Shown piece by piece: positions 36,773 through 49,800 of a stretch of DNA of 64,000 bases. Under the pieces are notes generated by a model that worked only from the letters and a program-made list of their open reading frames with translations, searched no databases and was not told the origin of the DNA. Position numbers and translations under genes: made by a program. The DNA is taken from assembly GCA_036172245.1 (NCBI GenBank), contig JAYWIR010000079.1:186001-250000 (forward strand), written 5' to 3'. This stretch comes from Raillietiella orientalis. Lineage: Eukaryota. Every line of letters starts with the position of its first letter. Positions within the stretch are counted from its first letter, which is position 1.

Positions 36773-38389
36773 TACTTTCAAGATACTTGAAGCTTACAGA
36801 ATTTAAAAGCTAAAAGAAAAAAAAAAATCGAGGGTACGTGGGTTCACTTGGTGTTGAAGCAACGGCTATATGCAAAGCTGTGGGAACAACAGGCAAGGGT
36901 ACGGCTTCATGCATTCCAGGAAAAGTAGTTGCAAGGACCATAATAAATTTTGCAAGACACGGACATGGCAACTGAAGCAGAAAGTCTAGTTTTAGGTTTT
37001 GCAATGCTCTGTCTGAAAAATTCTATAACTACAACCAGTAATAGACAGCTTTCAAGTATAAAATAGTTCAAGATCGCGCGGAAGTGCATGAAACTAGCGA
37101 CTCTTCCACATCCTCTTTCGTACCCTTTATCATGGGCGGAACTAGGGAATTGGAGGAGAGGATTCTGATTTCTCGAAACTCGCGATCCTGAAGTGGTCAG
37201 CTCGATCCTCCCTCATGGCATCGTCAATGGTGACCTTTTCAGATGCTCTACATCCATGAGTCTAATATCCAGATAATGCACAAAAACACAAACAACAGAG
37301 CGCTGCAGCCAATAAAATAGACCAGTTTTCATGGATAAATTAAAACCGACTCATAGAAGAATGGAGTCGATTCCTCGAACTCTCAGGTGAACGCTCTCTT
37401 TTCAAGCATTTTAATTTCTCAAAAATGGCCTTCTTATGCTCATACCGGCTACTATGCTTCAAAAAACCTAGCCGAGGGCAACCAAAGTTCTCTGAATCCC
37501 CTCACCGATTGCCTGGAAATTAAACACGTATAATTTTTAACACATTTTCGATCACCTCCAAAGCATGGAGTCTCCTTTCAGAAATAGTTGCCTCGCACTC
37601 CTCCTTGTCTTACTAATTTCAATTTTTGTGCTCTTGCACGATTTGGCACATACGAAGCAAAGTTTTCAAATTCTTCCCACATGTCTTATTAGTTGGTTGG
37701 AGCCCTGCCTTCCTGCTCTGCTTGTCTTTGGTGCTAGTCCATATGAGTGTTTTCTCACCAATGGTTTCACGCTTCCAGTTCAGAGTTTAAAAGTCCTCAC
37801 CAGCATCTTTTCAGTCCATACGGCTTACCAATGAAGAAAAAACTGAGTTCGGAGCGTTATTTTCTTAATAAATAAAGAGAGGTTCGGCAGAAGGAGTTTT
37901 ATTGCCGCTGTCTTTTAATGTTACAAAAAATTGTCTGCATTCTTCTCGATGTTGCCACTTATCGAATCGATTCTCATATCGTTTCGGGGAAACCCATCAT
38001 ATCGGATCTTTCTTATTCGTGCTGAGTGTCACAATCAGAGCAACAGTCTTGAGAACACAAGTTTCATTTTGGACTACCACCCTATCCCATTGTGACCAGG
38101 CATCCATGCAGAACAAGCGAACTAATATTTGACAGTGAAACTAGATGAAGCAACAAGAACAACAACAACAAAAAAAAACACCAGCATATCCTCATCGAAA
38201 GTATGGCAACACTGTTAAAATCAAAAAGGCTTTCTACTTTTGAGGAACAAAGACATTGGAGAATAATGAAAGAACGAATGAGCAAAATAAATTCTTAAAT
38301 TTGACCGAGTTCCCGAACGAATGCGTGGTATACAAGTATATCGCCACAGTGAACAGTCTGAACAGCTCTTGTACCATTTCCTCGAATCT

Positions 38390-41300
38390 TCAAAATCTCC
38401 TCAATTCATTCATTATGAGATCAACGAAATCGGATGGATCAGACTGATAAGATATTGCTGATTTGATGACGTCATCAAAAAGCTGAAATAGCATGTTGCG
38501 AACGAATTATTTTGATGAAAACTATTTTCAGAATACACATGCATTAGACTCATAAGCTAAAATTCTTGAGAAATCCCCACCGAATGCATTCTCAATTGCC
38601 TTGTTTCAATACAAAATATATCTATGACATGATATGCGCATGCAAGCTTATTGAAGGGCTGATTAAGTGAGAATTTACTGAAATACCTTACGAATGATGT
38701 AACTGTTCATGTTTTGCTTATTCACGTTATTGGTTTGGGTTAAACCACAGCAATCCTAATCAATTAAAAAGGCAGACAGGACCCATACCGATTATTTTTG
38801 GGCAAATTTTGAAAAATTCGTCACTTTTTCTACGTAATGATTTCTTAATATAATAGCTTCATAAACATCTCTCTGTGAATCTCAAGTTAAATCACATATT
38901 AATTTTTTTAAAGAGTATATGCAATTGTAGCATTTCTGCTTCTGACAAACAGAAGCACCTCAACATATGTATTTTTGCAATGTTTTTTTTTTCCTGTTCC
39001 CTATAATCCAGAAAACATGCGAACTCTGTGAATCGATTTGTCCTTTGCATTTCAAAATGCACCCTCCACCTCTTACTGCACCTATTTCCCTGTAAGCGGT
39101 GCAATTCTACATACATCCTAAATGACTTTCTTCAAACGTAAGTTTTGTTCTAATTTAAAGAAGACAGTGAGAAGGTGCCATGTAGAGAACCTACCACTGT
39201 GCTGCTGCATTAGAACACGGCCGTTTCAAATAAATATCCGATACAACAAATCAGAGAAACGCAATAAGATTTCAGGAGACACTAGAGTGTTGTAACTTAA
39301 AAACCAAGAGCAAAGCAATTGAAGCAAGCCATCGAGAATACAAAAAAAAAGAAAAGAAAAGAGAGCTCAAATCTCGAACTGGGCATGGCCAGGAGGATTA
39401 AATCCAAACTGCCACTGCAAATACTTCAGGGTACGTCCTCTGTCTCCGGGAGCAGTACCACTAAAGAAACCATTAAAATGCGCAAAAGCAAATTTTAGAG
39501 CAACGGATCAAGCGTATGCATTCATACTGAAAATTCTTCCTTGTCGTCATACGGAAAAAAACATCAAGAAGGTAAGCTCAAAAAGGATCATCTGACGAAT
39601 ATTTCGTCAGTAACCAACGAATGAGTTCGTAAAGAATATTTTCATCATTCCATCACCGTTTAATCATCCAACCATGGAACGTTGTCGAACATGGCAAACA
39701 AGTCAACAACACAAGAAAAAAGTGGAGCTTCGGTATGGAACAAGTGCTTAAGAATAACAGCTATTGCTAGAAAATATAGTTCCGAAATAGGTATCAAATT
39801 TTTTTGTTTTTTAACATAAAAGAAGCTTGTTAAATAGTATAAGTTCGCTAGGGCAGCCAGATTCAGATTTCCGATTTCCAGGCGAAATTTTTTTCAGCCA
39901 ATTTTTTCAATGTTATCGTTTCAACTGCTGCACAAAAGCCTGCAAAATGGACGCTAATGATTTGCTGTTAAAAGTCACAATAGATGCAGGTCGATAACAT
40001 CAACGAGAAATCCTTATTAATCTTTCCACTGATTCTTATTTTGACCTTCAGTCTTGAAGAATCCACGCTGTTTCTATCACCGTTTTTTCATTAACCACGA
40101 CAGAAACAGACAATCATCTGACTCTTACACGACTACTCTTCTTGATTTCCATGATGAATACAGAGCAAAATGAAAAGTTAAAATCCATTTGGCGACATAT
40201 ATAAATAAGCAGAAAAAATTAAAATCCTCAGCAAAAAATCAAGAATTCCTGATTTCACGAAACATTAAAATCAACAGCTGCTTTATTCATTTGGCACTTC
40301 AATTTCAACCGATGAATAACGTTCAGATATTCCAATTTTTCAAATGAATTATAAAATTATCGAAAATTAAAAGTCATACGAATACACAGGCTCAGAACGG
40401 ATGGAAACTGTTGAGGAGCTCATCTCATGTTTAAAAAACCTAGGCAATGATGCAACTTTCTTGGAGCACGTAAGCCTCGTGGTGGAAGTGGATGATAACG
40501 ATCTAAGATGAAGCCTGCAATCCGGAATTGCTTGAATTTACCTAAATGATTAACCGATCTATGAAACTTCTTCGATTTGGAACAGCATCGTTAAAAAACA
40601 GAGATATTGAAAACCTGCCTCTGAGTCATTTACAGAACATTATAGTGCTTTATAAAGCCATACTTGAAAATGTGCGCACCATCACACATGATATTCATGC
40701 ACTTCATCACAATCATTCGTCTCTTATACAAATATATGCTCTGTTGCTTCCATCCTATATATTCTTATGCTCATTTCCTTCCTCGATAATCACCTCGAGT
40801 TAATTAGAAAACTTTATGAAAACTAAATTAATGAAAACCACTTTATGGTCACATCTGGATGTTTCAGCACTGTAATATATAATACAAAAGAGAAAAAATT
40901 TCGAGCCCATTTTTGGTTCTTTTTCTTTAGGCATGAATAAGATTTGCAGGGAGAAAAAGCGATTTTTACCTCTGTAACATTGGTACCATCTGCAGCGGAA
41001 ACATAATGAAGAGCCAGTAAATTCTTCATCGCGAACCGGAAAGTTTTTCGAACGCTTGCCGGATTTGCTAATACAGAGGAGGAATAAAAAGTGATTACTA
41101 GGTGGCCATTTGCCGTTGTGAATCAATTGCATTCATGATTTTTCATACATGGAACCTTCGACTGATCGATGATGCTCAGTTCATTCAATAGAGTGAATCA
41201 CTCTGCGCATTTTTCGATTTTCGGATACTCCGCAATGATTCGCGCAAATGCTACTCATAGATACAAAATCATCCAAGATCTCAAAATGACTTGGAGGGTA

Positions 41301-44108
41301 TAAGTGGACGAATGTGAGGAATGCGGTGAAGTATTTGCACACATACCATCAATTTTATTCGCTGCACACAGGCAAGGGATGCTAGGACGGCATTTGCGCA
41401 AGTCTTGATACCACTGAGTCAGATTTTTGTAGCTGCTCTTTTCAGTAACATCAAAAACCATAACGCAAGCATGTGCAAGAAAAAAGAATGCGCGATGGAG
41501 ACGACGGTACTTGAGGCTTCCACTGACATCCCAGAAAACTGAAATAAAGATAAGTTTAACCGAATTCAGATAACCTTAAATTGCTTAAATTTCAGGCAGG
41601 TTAAAAAAAAAAAAAACCGTGGAAAACCACGTCTTCAGAGAACAGTTACTGGATTAGTAATGGGTCAGTAATGTAATATTTGTGAGAAATCGAGCATGAC
41701 ATAATTTAATATCTGCCTGAAATTTAGCAGTCTGCATGTCCACCATCACGCAAATTGTTACTTATTAACATCTTATTACTCGACATACCTGGACGAAAAG
41801 TGCTTTGTGTTAAGAAGCGCTAACGGTCATTTACTATTTTACGAAATACCAATCCAAAATGAAAATTGCAAGCTCACTTGATTTATTTATTTATTTTATT
41901 TGCGGTCCTTTTCGGGATTAATGGAGGAATGAACATTGGTAATTTAAAAACATGATCCGGTCATAACATTCATGATATTGCTACAGTTTGGAGTATCATC
42001 ATCATCAATTGAACCAGACAATCTGAATGCCAATGACTACTAGGCATTTATAGAAGACTTCCTTCACGTGAATACGGAAGAGATCCAAAGCAATATGAAT
42101 GCCTGTGAATCATTGCTAAACAGCAAAAAGACTCAAAAATGGTAAAAGAGGAAGCAAACTCGAGAGCCACCTGGTTTCCTATGTCTTCGACATAAATTAG
42201 TACGAGAAATGAAACATTCACATGGTAATTTTTGATGGAATATTCAGCTCAACAAATCCGAGGATAAATCGAAAAGAGAACAAAAAGAACCTATGTAAAA
42301 AGAGAACATGAAGCTTCTCAGCCGCATTCAAAAACTTTTTTAATATCTGCCACTTTTCTAACAGAGAACACACTTTTATCAACTGATACACTTACACTAT
42401 CGTAAGCAAAAGCACGACGAGAATATACAGACTATTACTTGGTGAAATTTCTCTTACTGTAAACATTACATCCACCAATTCCAAAAGCTTTGAACAGAAA
42501 TTGCATGCTGCAATTTCGGATAACATTCCTCTAATCTCTTAATCAGTGTTCCAAGTTTAAAGTTTCCAAGAAACGAAAACTGTTCCATACGTTACTTTCG
42601 CTTGAAATATTCATCAGAGTAATTTCGATTTCACAAGGAGTGTTAGCTTAATTTCCAGTTAACCGAATTACTGATACCGTGTGCTGCCGCATCTAATCAC
42701 GTCACCTCATTTAAACAGCAGATCATGAGGTACCGAGCTTAATTACGCACAAGGTGGTACAAAACAACATCAGTGCAATATGGTGTTGAAGCCTTCAATT
42801 AATGATTTGGTATTTAATTTGTGATTACAGAATTTCAGTTATTTACAAAGACTGGCTTTTCATCCCTTAATCTACGTATGTGACCACTTATACGAGCATT
42901 TTTCTATTTAGCCTCCTTAAATGATTAGTTTCTCCCTGAATTAATTACTCAAATTAAACACAGAAAGTATAAATGTAGTGGAACATAATTCGGGCCATGG
43001 AACTACATATCTACATGAATAAAATAGCTTTCGGCTTGGAAATTAGCAATCATAAACTTTTCTTTTGCGTATCTCAATTGCTTTCAGAGCCAGCCAAGAA
43101 CAAACATAACGTTTCAAACTGTTTTCCAACTCTGCATGTGCACAACTAAGGTCAAAAGAAAAGATTTGTAAGGAATAAAACCAATGAATGCGTTTAACAA
43201 AAAAAGATCAGTAAAAAGTGCATTAGTAGCTTTTACTTTTTTTGAACACATAATTGTCATGCCAAGATGTACAGTCGAAATGTCAGGAAATTTGGCACAT
43301 TACAAAAGAGGACTCCCCGATTCTTTATTCCGTTCCTCTTTCAATCCTAAATGTAAGTTCCACGAAATGAACTGACTACCTGAATGAAATAAAAAAAAAG
43401 GCTAAGCCGTCAAGTTTTACGTTAAACTATACCTTTTTTTACTATCAGACATGAAAAGTACTTAAGAATTAAAAGTAAGATCAAACACTTTATCAGTGCA
43501 TCAGTTTTCTAGTATTGGGCTGCTGTCTATCGCTTATCCAAGAGCTCACTGTAAGCCAAATGTTTTTGGTCATAAGGATGTCATTACACAATCAAAAAAA
43601 AAGATTATTTGAAATGAACGTCCTTTCGTTTTTCTACAATTAAAGTGGGGAGGAAAATGAAACGAAAAAAAAAAAAAAAAAAAAATCAGAAGTTTTGAAC
43701 TCAAACTCAACAACTCTATCTGAATCTCCAAACAATCTGTTCACAGCAAACGTCTAAAATACCAAATGCTTAATAGAGAAGAAATTTTTCACGAATTATT
43801 TCGAGGTTTCCATTTTACCCTTAGGCAATGACACTTTTCTAGCTACTGACGGATCGTCAACTAAACTTGGGCCATCCTATAGAAGCCATCGTAAAACTTA
43901 CCAATTGGTACGTGTCCGTGTAGATATGGATATGTTGCAACCCCTTCTGTAGGACAGCATTCGACAGGAGTGCCTTTGCTAACGAATGTTTGTAGCAGCC
44001 TAAAAGTACATCTCGCGTTTACAATAAGCCTTGTGCTCACTTCGTTTTCCCAACTCCTTCGTCGCCTATAAACAAGACTTTTACTTTGGGATTCATTTTG
44101 CTCACCAT
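38390..44108 (-). CDS. RABL2: Rab-like protein 2 (RABL2)-like small GTPase, divergent, 5 coding exons
   Basis: Exons 44108-44041, 43999-43902, 41538-41347, 41067-40970, 38482-38390. GDEGVGKT, FWDVSG, AHACVMVFDV..KSSYKNL..WY.DLR..RP.IPCLCAANKID, YVSAADGTNV, LFDDVIKSAISY...DFVDLIMNEL are colinear with RABL2. No CAAX box. Start could be 44108 or 44096. Confidence 0.88.
41582..41730. repeat. Short inverted-repeat-bounded element (MITE-like) in RABL2 intron
   Basis: TAAATTTCAGGCAG (41586-41599) and its exact reverse complement CTGCCTGAAATTTA (41713-41726). Confidence 0.4.
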
Positions 44109-46828
44109 GTCCACATACGAGATTGCTGAATCTTTCAGATTACTTTCAACGTGATAAAAACAAAACCTAAAGGAAAAAGGAAAGGTGGAAGAAAATTTAA
44201 CGAAATGCAGATCGAAGAAGGTTTTCCACAATTCACCCTAGAGAGGCGAATGCAGGCCTATCTTCTGATCTTTAACTGATGCTGGATCAGTTGCTTTAAA
44301 TCCTGCTAAGGCGAACATTTGCCAGGAGGTTTTCTTCTTCTCCCAATGCTCTACTAGTGAAGTCTACACGCATAACGGAAGTGATAGACTCATAAACTCA
44401 TTTACTTCCGACGCATGTCGTCATGTGGGTTTGGTAAACATTCTCGGATTAATAATGATAAGCAAAGATCGGGTAAGCTTTTCTATTTCTTCAAGCTATT
44501 TATGTTTCGTAAATTGAAAAAAGCTGCGCAGCACTTCACAATTTCGTAGCAGGAGTTCACAGAACATTAGAACCAATATGCCTTAAGGGCAGATCTGGCT
44601 ATCTGTTACAACACGTGACTTATAAATTTTCAGCTTCATTTCTGTTCATTCGCAATTCTTGCAATTGCAAATGAATGCAAATTCATGGTTTAGCATGATG
44701 AAAAGATTTCACGAATATTTTCCATCAAATATTAGGCACTGCCAGGCGTAATATCAGCAAAACATCAGAGTCCAAGCTTCAAGGAAAGCAAACAACAAAA
44801 GAAACGCTTTAAGAAAACATTTCGAGACGGTAATTTTTTAAAAACCAATGTGGGCACACTTCAGAAAAAAGCATAGATGAAAGAAGCAACGAGAAGTTAC
44901 TGAATGAAAGCTAAGATACATGTAGGTAGGTAGGTGAGTGCTTGTCCTATGCAATTCTGCCTTTAGTAACTGGTCATTCGACATCCTAATGTTAATGGGA
45001 ACTACAATACTTCTGAGTTGAAAATCAAATTAAAAATTAAATCAGTTCCTAATTTTATGTGAAAATAAAAAATGATAACTTCAGTGTCATAATACTGGCA
45101 GGTAAGCTTTCATGCTTAGTGCTTTCAATACTTACTCATTCCTTTTCTATGTTTTGAAGAATTGAGAGAACTGCCGTAAATCTATAAGACTAAAGTGAAA
45201 TATTTTTACCCCAATTCGTACAGGGAGCCTCATGTTTATCGTTAAGGATCTCAGGTCTGACAGTGCCCAACATTTGATGGAAAATTTATTGGCTGTCCTG
45301 GAATTATTTATATCAGGATAGCTAATAAATTTTCCTATGCACGATGCTGATCCATTTATTAGAAAATGTAAACGATCAACTTGGTTAGATTATTCAATGA
45401 AAAGACTTTAAAACGCTTAAAATCGAAATTCCGAATTGCAAACAATAAAAAAAAAAAAAAAAAAAAAAAAGGCACACAAAGTGGGCAAGCTCTTCAAAGC
45501 CACTGCAATTCAAATGACATGCAATATGGAATGTACCTCGCAGACTGTAATTATTATAAATCTGCAGTCACGTACAGCTTCAATACACTTAATAAAATGA
45601 AACTTTTAGCTAAAGAAAATGCCACCTAATCTGTTTGCAAATCAATACCAAACGATATAGGTATGCAACGATGTATAAGAGATCGGGTGGAAAACACCAA
45701 TCACGAAAAATTAAGTTTCTTTTTCTGGTAGAGGAAAGCGTGCAGAAGAAAAAACAAAACGTGTGAACCACTGGCAAAAGTAAATACACGAGGCAGAAGT
45801 AATAAACAAAGAAAGTGAGCTCTACTAGCAGCTTGATTTTACATTGAATCCTTCCATATATGGGTGCTTCTTTACAACAAAAACAAAAAAAACACCTACT
45901 GCACAAAACGGAAATTAGTTTGTTCTTTCACTCTAAAGAAGAAAAAATAAGTATCAGAAATATGGCTAATGACTAGTTAACATACCGATCCATAATATCA
46001 TCAATAAAGAAATAGAGAGAGTGAGACTTTGTTGTTAGATGTTTCTCTCTAGTATTTGCAAGAATATTGTTTCTGGATACTATACAAACTTCTTCAGTGA
46101 GATGGGTATGGAAAAGTGTCGAAAGGCTGAAAGTAAATACGTTAACGAGTTCATGACCTCCTTATAATTTAAATCCGGAAAGATTTTTGGATCCGAAGCA
46201 CAATCAACGTAAATATTCCCAAAATTCTCATGTGAATAGGAGATTCACAAATCATTCCATTCGGCAATAACGCAACGATGTCAGTTAAGAGTTCTTACTG
46301 TTGGTCAACGAACTGTCATGAAGATGGTAGCTGATAATAATGAATGTTTTTGAATGTAACAACATACTTACTTAAAATGGCTGATGTTTCACTCAATAGC
46401 AGAATGTAATGAACACATCTTTCGATGTTGGATCCGCATGTTCAACAATTTATGAATAGCAAATGTTATGACAGAATCAACTTACTCCCATGAACCCATT
46501 TGCAAATTTTATTAAAAATCAGATATGCTCCTCAGATCTAGGAAAACGTATGGCTTACAAAACTGTTTATCACATTTCATGTCCCAAATAGCACAAAGGA
46601 GCTTACTATTAGTTTGCAACTAATGTAAGAAATTGCTAATTAGCTCAGATCCTCCTTAAAAAGGAAAACACTCTTGAATAGATTTTTTTGCAGTGTACAT
46701 ACTGATCGTTACCAACTGACTGGAAAATGACATGAGTACTTTTCTATCACATATTTTCGCATTGCTTGAATTGAGCATTAAATATTAACAAACGATAGCT
46801 TCTAAAGTTTTTGAAAATGAGATAAAAA

Positions 46829-49800
46829 TTAAACATTTTCAAAATTCTTTTGGTTGCGATTCTGATGCATAGATTCCTCACGAGCTCGCTTTAATTCTTG
46901 TTCCATGATCATCTCATTGGTAATGTATGCTTCCCTCCTAATCTGATCTCGAAGTTTGTAGGGTATATCCGGGATACACCATTTTATAAGCATCATAATA
47001 ATGACGACAACATTCTGAAATGCAGTTGGATTGAAGAAACAAGAAGAAGAAAAATACGCGTTTCACCTCGAACACAACGACAAAGGCTAATCTTGCAGCC
47101 AACACATGCCAATACAGATCAGAAAGCTGATACTTTTCAGGTGACCATGGAGGATTACGAAAATCTTGGTACCTAGATTGGTTGCAAAATGTATCTAATG
47201 ACAACAGATTTTTTTTTACTACCTGCACAGTTCTACGGAATCATTTTGAGGAAAAAGAATTGGCTTATCTGCAGGAAAATCAGAAACATTAAAATACGAA
47301 AGAGAGTAATTGAGGAAACCATGCAAAGTATGATCTTCAGACACCGTATAACGATAAACAAGTCGAGGAATGAAATCCGATGAAAAGGCAATAATGAAAG
47401 CCTGCAAAATTGGTATCGGTAACATGGGTGAGCTGTTGAACTTACATTTGACAACAGAGCCAACTTTCCCAGACTATCCAAAATTTTGAACCATATGCCA
47501 ATATCACTGACTCTTTGGCTAACCGGTCGTCGATAATAGGTCAACAACTTCTTGGCATCGAGTCGAGTTTCAAAAATATTGTTAAGAAAGGCAAAGAGAG
47601 GTGCCAGTGGGAAAGCAGCCACAAATATTGTCACAAACCCGAACTGAAGAACTAAGATAAGACAATTTAGCTATTACGGAAATCACTTGGGAACTCACCT
47701 ATTTCAAGATACTCATAAAACAGCGTTTGAGACCCCCAGTCTAGCAATTTATAATCGTGTGCCCATCGAGTTTTGGGAACAGTATTGGTGTTAGTGGGCA
47801 CAAAAGACATCAATTTTCTGTATATGTAGGTGTTGAAGAACTTTAAAAGCATTCTAGGCCAAAAATAATAAAACTTCCGTCAACATGTTTCCAGATAACG
47901 TACGGTATAAGCATTTCAATGACTGTATTGATGATTTGCTTTCCCATGAAAAGAACTGCCAACTGGATGGACAGTTCAACCAAGCATCCACCGGGACCAC
48001 ATTCTTCCTGGCGGAATCCAAACAATCTTATATAACCACCAGGATAACCAATAAATTTTCCTTTGAAGAAGGCGATATAGAAAATCGATGCATAATTATT
48101 TACAAATTGCAGAAGATAAATTTTAAAAGAAAGACTTTCATCATATTGCGTTTGGGTACGATGTAATTCTTTTTCGGTGAGCCAAGTTGCCAAACGGGTA
48201 TACAGTTGATTGAATACCATAATGCACACCAAATTTATACACGCAGCAGTTGCAGAAGTAATAAGCATAGCATTGCTGGTGACAAGATAGTGAGAGGTAT
48301 AAAAACTGAGTGCAGCAAGTACAGACATGCGATACAGGATAACTCCAATAACAGCAACCATAGCAAGAATGATCTGAAATTAGAAGACACAAACACGCGA
48401 TATGAATGCCCGTAATCACATCATGCTGAGAAGAACTTGTCATTTACACTTTGTTGAATTCATTGGATGATAATAAGAGATCAGCTGATTGATTGTTTTA
48501 TTGTTTTAATATTGCAGTACTATTTAAAAAAACGCAAATAAGTGTTTGCATTCTGCAATAAAAACAACAACAACAACAACAAAAGCGCATTCTCACTAGA
48601 CACATTAAATGAGATTAAAAATACAGGGAGACCCAGATTTCAAGACAGCAGGACGGAATTATTTTCGCATTACGTGATATAGAATACAGAAGTTTCTCCT
48701 CTGTCTTTAACAGTGAAAGTAAAATACATAATAAGGCTAGCACGAAAACCAAGCAGCCCATTTAAAAACTCATAAACATCACTTTTAACACACCAATTAA
48801 ATTAGAAATTGAGTTCAAGTTTTTGATGATTTTCTAATAACAGTGGCAGAAGTGAAAGTTCGACCTCCGCGTTTTATTCTGAAAAACGATAAGTGAGAAT
48901 TGGACTGCTCAAAAATACCGGGATGTACCACCTTCCTCCCATTCTCTTTTGCTACCTCAGAGCAATGACTTCAATCGCCCTTACAATGCCACGTTTTCTT
49001 TCTTTCAGAAGAGGATTAAAAAAAACAATCCTACAGTAAGCCGTTATGGAATCCTCCTTCCGACGTCCATTAATTTTGAAATCGGTATCGGTATATATGT
49101 GTGTGTACATATACAGATATCGACACACACACACAGACTCTTTAGGAATAAAAAGAATGAACCTTCTGAGTAAATACGTTTCCTTTGCTGAACAATGTGA
49201 AGTTTCATTTTGTGTTTTTCTTTTTTTCTGTTTATTCTAATGCCATATCCTAGAGACAAATTACTTGCATATCATGCGGTCCCGTATCCCCTGCATTACT
49301 CGTAAAATAAATACCATCGTTAAAGGTAATAAATAATGAATGCTGAAATCAATGAAACGAATGAGTCAAAAAAGGGCTAAGTGTATCGGAGAAAAAACTG
49401 AATAGGTTTCGAAAATTCGTAAAAAAGACTGCAAAAACTTAAGAAAGAAAGGAAAACCAGGAATCGCAATCGGGAAATTTTTTATCGAGACGACGAATTC
49501 GGTTGCTACTTTATGCATAGCATGGACCAAATACATGCAGATTAACAGAGATGAAGAAGGAAGTATCAGCCGAGTACTTTAAACAACACTCTGCCCACAA
49601 GCAGTCATGTCTTGATAGTTTTTAAATTATCCCCACTGAATTTTTCTTTGCCATGAATTGAAACATGAATTGGAAGTAAATAATTCCATGACACAGTTTT
49701 AGCACTGCTTTACTAACTATGGATAAAAATCTGTAAAGTCAAAAGTACATAATTGAAACGCTGTTTACGGAAACCCACATTCGTAAGAGTCAGCAAATCA

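Noticed and set aside
39420..40640. Alternative candidate last exons for RABL2
   Set aside because: They give immediate stops or no homology; exon 38482-38390 matches the RABL2 C-terminus.
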